Source: Flectonema sp. DT1601
Lineage: Eukaryota
Reading direction: 5' to 3'
Length of the DNA: 64,000 nt
Assembly (NCBI GenBank): GCA_964019425.1
Contig: OZ025783.1
Coordinates: forward strand, 1,302,001-1,366,000
The notes under the pieces were generated by a model that saw only the letters and a program-made list of their open reading frames with translations, was not told the origin of the DNA and did not search any database. Below are positions 56,701-64,000 of the stretch, one piece after another. The first letter of the stretch is position 1. Every line of letters begins with the position of its first letter. The position numbers and the translations under genes are program-made.

Positions 56701-58441
56701 GCGTCTGTCCTTTTCCCCCCCCCCGAGCTTGATAATACAGCATCAAATTATCCCCTTCTTCCTTTATTTCCTGCTTGCTACCCGCAAGCGAATTTTGTTT
56801 TAATCCGAAGAGAGCATTGTTATGCAACCCGTATTATAAATAATAGAAATAAGAACAGATCCACTCGTTACTTGAGTGGAGTTCTTATTTTGAAATCTGT
56901 TAATAAAAAAAGCAATGCATTCAGCATAGCTGCTCTGTTCTACATTTCCAGGACGTATCCACTAGAAAGTAATAGATTCTTTTCTTTCAATATTTTATTA
57001 GTAACAAAGAGACGATTTGGTGACTCATATTTTATTGTTTGAGTAGAGTTACTCGATAGTAAGGTTCTGACTGGTCTGCATTATCTGCATACGTAACAAA
57101 CTCATGTTCTGACTGAAATAATATTTCAAACGGAAACGCGATATTGTGTTGTGCAGAAAGGTGTAAGCTATTCTGTGGAGCAAAATAGGGTGGATATTTT
57201 TTCCCTCCACTCGGCAAAATGGAAACAGCGAAAAAAAAAAAAAAAAAAAAAAAAAACATTACGCCTAAGATTCTGCCAGCTGATACCGTATCCGTAAGGA
57301 ACAAACCATTCATTCACTTATTCATTTATTCCTCTCCTTGTTGGCAGCGTTGCTGGCGATGAAGCGCAGTTAAAGTTCTTTGTGCTGTGTTTATCAGTAC
57401 AGAGACTGCCGTTCGTTGGCGTTTGCTTTTTTCACCCACTTTTTCCTTTTCTCCTTGCTAACCGCAAGCGAATTTTATTTTAGTCCACGAAAGAGAGCGT
57501 AGTTATGCAACACATCTTATAAATAATAGAAATAAGAACAGATCCACTCGTTACTTGAGTGGAGTTCTTATTTTGAAATCTGTTAACAAAAAAAACGATG
57601 TTCAGCATAGCTGCTCTGTTCTACATTTCCAGGACGTATCCACTAGAAAGTAATAGATTCTTTTCTTTCAATATTTTATTAGTAACAAAGAGACGATTTG
57701 GTGACTCATATTTTATTGTTTGAGTAGAGTTACTCGATAGTAAGGTTCTGACTGGTCTGCATTAGCTGCATGTATAACAAACTCAATTTCTAGCTGAAAT
57801 AATATTTCAAACGGAAACGCGATATTGTGCTGTGTAGAAAGGTGTAAGCTATTTCTATGGAGCAGGAAGGGTGGATTTTTCACTCCACTCGGCAAAATGG
57901 AAATAGCAAAAAAAAAAAAAAATACATATATAAAAAAAAATTATGCCTAAGATTCTGCCAGCTGATACCGAATCTGTAAGAAACAAAACATTCATTCACT
58001 TATTCATTCCTCTCTTTGTTGGCAGCGTTGCTGACGATGAAGCGCAGTTAAGGTTCTTTGTGCTGTGTTTATCAGTACAGATACTGTCGTTTCATTTGTT
58101 GGCGTTTGCCCTTTATTCCCCCCTTTTCCTTTTTTTTCCTCCTTGCTATCCGCAAGCGAAAATTGTTTTACTCCACGAAAGAGTTGCTATGTACATATCT
58201 ATAAAAGTAATAGAAGTAAGAAAAAATCCACTCGTTACTTGAGTGAAATTTCTTATTCCTTAAATCTGTTAAAAAACGATGCATTCAGCATAGCTGCTCT
58301 GTTCTACATTTCCAGGACGTATCCACTAGAAAGTAATAGATTCTTTTCTTTCAATATTTTATTAGTAACAAAGAGATGATTTGGTGACTCATATTCTATT
58401 GTTTAATTAGAGTTACTCGATAGTAAGGTTCTGACTGGTCT
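53740..58441. repeat. Tandem array of 7 units (~630-710 bp): near-invariant ~185-bp core plus diverged hairpin-rich segment
   Basis: catagctgctctgttc recurs at ~54238, 54869, 55546, 56216, 56925, 57606 and 58289. Confidence 0.97.
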
Positions 58442-58724
58442 ACATTTAACGGCATCATGCCGTGAAAAAAAAAAAAAAAAAAAAAAGATTACTGAAAGTC
58501 TTCCGACTATTTTCAATGCCTTTTTCTTTTTTTTTTGTCCTTGTGAGTGAAATAAAAAAATGAAAAAAACATAGAAAAGAACAAAACATTTAACAAAAAA
58601 ATAAAATAAATAAATAAAAAAAAACTACATGTTAATACTACAACAAACATGTGGATGGTTGTTGTTTTACTAACTTGTGATTTTTTGTTTTAAGATAACG
58701 TTCTTTTTTTCATTTTTCATTTTC

Positions 58725-58756
<32 letters not shown>

Positions 58757-59383
58757 TATCCTAAGAAAAGAAAATTTATACACCCAAAAAATTAGCAAAA
58801 ACTTGCATTTTTTTTGTACCTGAGGTGCTAAGAGAGTTCATCAACGAGTCAAAACAACAAACTCCTAGTGTGTCCATTACTGGCTCCTCGAGAGGTTTAT
58901 TTCTTGAGGTCTTGTTCCAAGCCTCAAAACTTTCAGATGGCACTTTTTAAGTACATGAAGTGTATTTTTTTTTTTTTTTTGGGTGTATAATAACTTAAAT
59001 CCCTATTTCCCTCCCTGTTTTTTTTTTTTTTTTTTTTTTTTTTTTTCACTACAGCAATTCAGCAACTGTTTAATTTTCGGTGGAGTAATCCGGATAGTTT
59101 CAATGAAGGCAAATCCCCCTTTTTTTTTTTTTTTGTGCCTAAGCGAAGTTTTCAATCCGGAAACAGGTAGTCGTTATTATTATGGCAAAAAAAAAAAAAT
59201 AAATAATTTTTTTTTTTTTTTTTTCAAAAACCTATAACAAATATCATTTCATGACAGGAAGGAAAAAAAAAAAAAAAAAAAAATGATGGAAGGATAAGGC
59301 CGATTTTCTTTTTAAGTACGGGAAAAAAAAAAAAAAAATTAACTTATTTTCCCCTCCAATTTCAGAGTGCCATATGGGCAAAA

Positions 59384-62300
59384 ATGGCCACCACCCTCTC
59401 ACTAGAGGTTATTCAGGCATGGAATTTGGTGAAGCCGTCGTTTACCATAGGTTCAGTAAATGCTATGGTGGAGTTCAAAATTGGCTCGGAAACGCGAACC
59501 ACTAAGAAGGAAGACAAAGGGGTAAATCCCTTTTGGGGAGAAACATTGACATTTAAAAATGCGAGAGGGGCAACAGAAGCAAAGTTTAAAATAATTCATA
59601 ACGGCAATGGAAAGGAAATGGGCTCTGGAGGAGTCAGCCTACGAAGCGTATGGCGCAACTTTGCATTTGAAAAGTGGACTGACGTTAAAAAGAATGATGC
59701 TAAGGTCGGTATTCTCAGAATTAGAATAAAAGCCGGTAGTTTTGGAAGTACCCCTCCACTGCCTCCGAGAGGCCTTGAGCAATTTCGTATTGGATCGGTA
59801 GTTACAATAAAAACAACTACCATGGCAGGATGCAAAGCGACAGTCGTAAACTACACGAAGGGTGACTCTCCAAATGTAATGTGTCGTATTGGCTATGCTG
59901 ATATTGAGAAAAAACGAAGCGCTCTTGAAGAAAAATATAAAAACATCACCGATCTGTGTGAATGGCCTTTCAAACCAGCTCAACTAACCCCTGGAAGGAC
60001 AACTCCATCTCTACCTGCTGTCGGAGTTGAAATTTTAGTCAAGGGTCTCGTTGGAAGCGCTATCCACAATGGTAAAAAGGGAAAAGTACTCTCACATGCC
60101 AACATACCTGACGACACTGGAATCAAAGCAAAGCTTAATGATGGAACAGAGATTGTCTTGCGTAATAAAAATTTTGACTGCGTTCTTCACCCAATTGGGA
60201 GTCGTATTATAATAGCTGGACTGAATCAACATAAAGATAAGAATGGTTTAGAAGGAACTGTTGAGAATTACAAGAAGCACGCTGACTTTACAACGTATTT
60301 GGTTAGATTACAATCCGCCAGTGGTCAGACAGAACTGAAGCCTCAGAATGCGTTACTGAAATCAGCGCCTTCGAGTGCTGCTCCAGTAGTACCTCAGCCA
60401 GTTCCTGTACCTCAGCCGGTGGTGCCTCAGGTGGCGCCTCAACCAATTCCTGTTGTTCAGCCTTCAGTGACATCACAAGTAGCTGCGTCGATCCCTAAAC
60501 CAGTTTCAGTTCCGACACCTGTTGCAGCACCAGTGCAACCTGCAGTAACACCAGTAGTGTCAGTACCTGCAACACCTGTTCAGAAAACAGAGGATCCTCT
60601 TACTCCTGCTGCTGTTTCTATGTCGGTACCTCTTCCTGTTGCTGCATCAGTTGTTCCATCAAAACCAGCTGTACCAGAAACTCCAATTGTTCGAGTCCCT
60701 TCAACGCCTTCAATCCCTCCTCAAACACCAATCGGAGGTAACATCTTTTCAGGTTTTGATCAACCGCCACCAGCTCAACTCCCGAGTCAGATATCAATGC
60801 CTTCTCCTCAAATGTCGACTACAGATGCTGCTGCTCAGCTTCAGATCCTTCAACTGCAACAACAACTCGCGCAGACTGTCAACACTGCGACGACAGTTAG
60901 TTCCCCACAGCGTCCGATTCCTGTTGTGATAAGAGAAAGACCAGCGAGGTCCTCTCCAAGGATTACAAAGTCACGAAAAAATGTACCGCTTCCGATAAAG
61001 GATCCAAAACTTGGTCTGGAGTACATTTCCATCACAGCGAAACCTACAGACACCGATCCTGTTATATTCTTTGCCGCACGTGTCCGGAAAATAAATGCTA
61101 GGTTTGGCCGTTCCTCCATTCGCATCCTTACAGTGACTCACGCCCACGTAATACTCCGAGACGAGGTACTGGCTGTAAAGAGATCTATTGCAGTAAAGTC
61201 TTTAAAGGAATATTTATACGCAAGAGACGAGTACACTTGGGTAGGTCTTCGGGAAAGCACCTTCGACTTACAATTAGTAATGACAATCGATGAAGAAAGA
61301 CTACTAAGAAAGGTTTTAACTACTCTTTATAAATCAATAGCAAAGAAGGATTTAAGAACCTCAAGCACCAGCTTTGAAGAAATGAAAGGGAAATTAGAAT
61401 TAAAGAAACCTGCAGGATGGCGAATAATGGAGGGTGATATTGGTAAATTTGTAACAAGAAGAAGCAGAGTAGAACCAACTGAAGGACCAGTCTCTGGAAG
61501 TCCGACAAGGATACCTGCATCAATACAAGGTGGTTCTACTTATGTTGATGGTTCCCCGGTGAAATCAATCGCCTCAAGAGATGGTCTTTATATCATATCT
61601 GATGATGAAGCTGACGATGTTGGACCTCCTAATCTGAGTCAGCAGTTTAATTCAGTTCCAAGAAGGAGACCTCCACCACATCATCAAGCAGTCCCACCTC
61701 CTCCAGTTGATTATTACAGCCATCCTCATCCTCATTATATGCAGCCAGCACCACCTGTTCCAATTCAGATTCAGCAGCCTGTTCAGCAAAGTAATGAATT
61801 GTCGGAAGTCAAAGCACAGTTGGAGGGTATGAAACAACAAATGCTTCTTCAACAAATATTAGCTCAGCAGCAGATAACAAACAGTCAGATGACTCCTTCT
61901 GCACAGCAACAACAGCAACCACAACAACAACACCATCAGCAACAACAACTACCACTTCAGCCGGTGTCACCACCACCGCAACCTAAGTTGGATATGAACC
62001 CGTCAGCTTCTGAGTACGTTCAAAGGATCACGGCTCTCTTTGACCTTCACGAACCTGATAAGAGTAAGGGAGCTATTCAACAAGTAATGGAGCAATACTT
62101 GGGACGTGAAAAGGAATTGTACTCTGCGTTACTTGATCGCTACAGACCAAAACCTGATTCCCCTAAAAGACCGGCCTCACCAGCAGCAATACCACAGCAA
62201 CCTGGCAGTCCAGAAGTTAGACCAGTTGTTACAAGGCCGTCAGTTGGTACTCCTCAACAGAGTTTTTATAAAGCAACTGATATCGCTCCGACAGCTAAGG

Positions 62301-64000
62301 TTAGGATTGACGGTGTTGCTAAAGCTCTCTTTATTACTGCAAGGTATCCAGGTGATACATCACAGCGTGCTACTTTATCATTGGAACAGTTTGTTGAGGA
62401 CCAATACCGTCCTCAGGTTCGTACATTAGATTCTGAAACAGTTGACTTGACACACGAGACAGTTGTCAGCGCCCTCCGCTGGCTTAGCGAAGGCACTCGT
62501 GCAGGCGATTTATTGATATTTGCTTTCTGCGGAGCTTCACAAGATGGTTCTTTATTGCTACCGACTGCTGGTGATAATTTAATATCTCAGTCTGAAGTTA
62601 ATTCTGTTCTTTTAAATGATCTTCAAAGGGGAATAAGATTAATTTGCGTATTTGATATGAGTCCAGCGACGTCCTTCTTATCATTACCAAACAGACTGAC
62701 TGTTGAACAGGGAGCGGTATCAGACCTGCCGGCATCTCTCTCTCCATCAGCAGATGTAGTTGTGTTGAGTTGTGTTGGAGGAACAGGAAGACAGCCGGGG
62801 TTGTTTTTGAAGTCTGTTGGAAAGAATTTAACATCTGTTCCTTTTTTTACAAATAAAACACTTCTCGAGAGCATCTCATCGGACATGAGATCTGTCTCTG
62901 ATGGTGTTCCAGCTGTTCCTCAATTACAGTCTAGTCAACCCTGCAGAGCTAGTCAAAAGTTCTTTATCCATTACGTCATTGACGATGGTCCTCGAACACC
63001 ACAACACAGACCACAAGATCAACACTTACCAGACAGTGTTAGGAAACCTTATATTCCTGAACCTTCAACACCGATAGTTCATACGTCAACTGGTACTACT
63101 GGTACACAAGATTCTACAGAGGGTGGTGATATTCAAGAGTTAATTAAAGAAACCTTCAGACATGCAGACACACCAGGACATCCTAACAATGCAACAGCAG
63201 CAGGTACTGTAGGGTCATGGCTACTAGATGGGTCTTTTGGTGTGAATGTGAATAGAGAAAGTGCGATTAGATACTTAACTGTTGCTGCTGATTCCGGAGA
63301 TGGACCTGCGATTGCTAGACTGCTGTCATTACGACCTCAGTCACCGACTGTTGGAATAACCCCAAGCAGTCCACAACAAACAGCAGCAGCAAACTTCTTA
63401 AGCCTTCCTGACACTGAAGCAGCCACACGTATTCGATCAGCACTTGCTTCATACTGTGCTGCGAAGGCACCTCATGCTCTGGCTCAAGTCACTACAATTG
63501 TTGATGAGTACCGAGGTAGGGAAACAGCATTATTATCAATACTTCTACAGAAATACCCCGATTGGGATTGGCCTAAATCAGATGAATTATTCTTTGGTAC
63601 CAACAACATGACAACTCCTATCGTAGTGGGTGGAACAGTTTTAATCGATTCTGACCTTAATAGAGTGAGAGAATCAGTTGTGAATAGTATTTCTATCTCA
63701 TGGGATGATACAATGACTCCTTACAGTGGTTCTTGTGGTACTGTAGTAGCAAAAGACCAGGCGGGTAATGTAAAGGTCAGCTTCTCTGATGGAAGAACTT
63801 GTTGGTGGTCAGCTGACATCGTTACTGGTGTCGATGCGCACAGCCAGCAGCAATCATCACAAGCTGACAACTACATCGGACACAGTACTGTCACTGCTTT
63901 AGAACCTCCTCAGTCTCTTAAAACAGAAAGGGATTCACCTGCTGTTCGTATCATACTCGGGCACCCAATAATGAATCCGGTTGCGGCTCTTTATTCGATT
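59384..64000 (+). CDS. Large multidomain protein, 3' truncated by the window: C2, SH3/KOW-like repeats, TH1/PH-like, inactive metacaspase-like, SEL1-like, Mib-SH3-like
   Basis: ATG 59384 MATTLSLEVIQAWNL...NPFWGETLTF (C2); same frame gives VVSALRWLSEGTRAGDLLIFAFCGAS, RLICVFDMSPA, WDDTMTPYSGSCGTVV. Absent from the track, consistent with no stop before 64000. Confidence 0.88.
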   Translation, partial: MATTLSLEVIQAWNLVKPSFTIGSVNAMVEFKIGSETRTTKKEDKGVNPFWGETLTFKNARGATEAKFKIIHNGNGKEMGSGGVSLRSVWRNFAFEKWTDVKKNDAKVGILRIRIKAGSFGSTPPLPPRGLEQFRIGSVVTIKTTTMAGCKATVVNYTKGDSPNVMCRIGYADIEKKRSALEEKYKNITDLCEWPFKPAQLTPGRTTPSLPAVGVEILVKGLVGSAIHNGKKGKVLSHANIPDDTGIKAKLNDGTEIVLRNKNFDCVLHPIGSRIIIAGLNQHKDKNGLEGTVENYKKHADFTTYLVRLQSASGQTELKPQNALLKSAPSSAAPVVPQPVPVPQPVVPQVAPQPIPVVQPSVTSQVAASIPKPVSVPTPVAAPVQPAVTPVVSVPATPVQKTEDPLTPAAVSMSVPLPVAASVVPSKPAVPETPIVRVPSTPSIPPQTPIGGNIFSGFDQPPPAQLPSQISMPSPQMSTTDAAAQLQILQLQQQLAQTVNTATTVSSPQRPIPVVIRERPARSSPRITKSRKNVPLPIKDPKLGLEYISITAKPTDTDPVIFFAARVRKINARFGRSSIRILTVTHAHVILRDEVLAVKRSIAVKSLKEYLYARDEYTWVGLRESTFDLQLVMTIDEERLLRKVLTTLYKSIAKKDLRTSSTSFEEMKGKLELKKPAGWRIMEGDIGKFVTRRSRVEPTEGPVSGSPTRIPASIQGGSTYVDGSPVKSIASRDGLYIISDDEADDVGPPNLSQQFNSVPRRRPPPHHQAVPPPPVDYYSHPHPHYMQPAPPVPIQIQQPVQQSNELSEVKAQLEGMKQQMLLQQILAQQQITNSQMTPSAQQQQQPQQQHHQQQQLPLQPVSPPPQPKLDMNPSASEYVQRITALFDLHEPDKSKGAIQQVMEQYLGREKELYSALLDRYRPKPDSPKRPASPAAIPQQPGSPEVRPVVTRPSVGTPQQSFYKATDIAPTAKVRIDGVAKALFITARYPGDTSQRATLSLEQFVEDQYRPQVRTLDSETVDLTHETVVSALRWLSEGTRAGDLLIFAFCGASQDGSLLLPTAGDNLISQSEVNSVLLNDLQRGIRLICVFDMSPATSFLSLPNRLTVEQGAVSDLPASLSPSADVVVLSCVGGTGRQPGLFLKSVGKNLTSVPFFTNKTLLESISSDMRSVSDGVPAVPQLQSSQPCRASQKFFIHYVIDDGPRTPQHRPQDQHLPDSVRKPYIPEPSTPIVHTSTGTTGTQDSTEGGDIQELIKETFRHADTPGHPNNATAAGTVGSWLLDGSFGVNVNRESAIRYLTVAADSGDGPAIARLLSLRPQSPTVGITPSSPQQTAAANFLSLPDTEAATRIRSALASYCAAKAPHALAQVTTIVDEYRGRETALLSILLQKYPDWDWPKSDELFFGTNNMTTPIVVGGTVLIDSDLNRVRESVVNSISISWDDTMTPYSGSCGTVVAKDQAGNVKVSFSDGRTCWWSADIVTGVDAHSQQQSSQADNYIGHSTVTALEPPQSLKTERDSPAVRIILGHPIMNPVAALYSI

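Noticed and set aside
53740..58441. CRISPR array
   Set aside because: Repeats are far too long, the spacers are homologous to each other, there are no cas genes, and the context is eukaryotic.
53740..58441. Spliced-leader RNA, 5S, U2, U6 or box C/D snoRNA cluster
   Set aside because: Only short chance-level matches (ACAGAGA; ATCTGTTCTTA on the minus strand; CTGA without a good box C); no mini-exon or 5S sequence recognised. A divergent RNA is not excluded.

Overview
AT-rich eukaryotic (protist) nuclear DNA with long poly-A/poly-T intergenic tracts. About 20 protein genes lie on the + strand and are mostly intronless, with a few short GT-AG introns. This organisation resembles a euglenozoan, possibly a diplonemid (inference). 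Recognisable genes include a bacterial-type fused aspartate carbamoyltransferase PyrBI, a GH18-like secreted protein, a Rab32/38-like GTPase, a CENP-E-like kinesin, an LRR-WD40 protein, an SGNH hydrolase, vasohibin, a 3-exon EF-hand gene, a PHO80-type cyclin, a multidomain RBR E3 ligase and CFAP99. An iodothyronine-deiodinase-like selenoprotein is split by the ORF track at its in-frame TGA. A >1500-aa C2/pseudo-metacaspase ORF, missed by the track, runs off the right end. The most unexplained element is a 7-unit, ~670-bp non-coding tandem array (53.7-58.4 kb). It has a near-invariant ~185-bp core alternating with diverged, mosaic segments whose hairpins show G.U and compensatory variation, suggesting a structured RNA or a structured mobile element. 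Several dispersed short repeat families and probable decayed retroelement fragments are also present. All homology calls come from motif recognition by eye; no searches were run.
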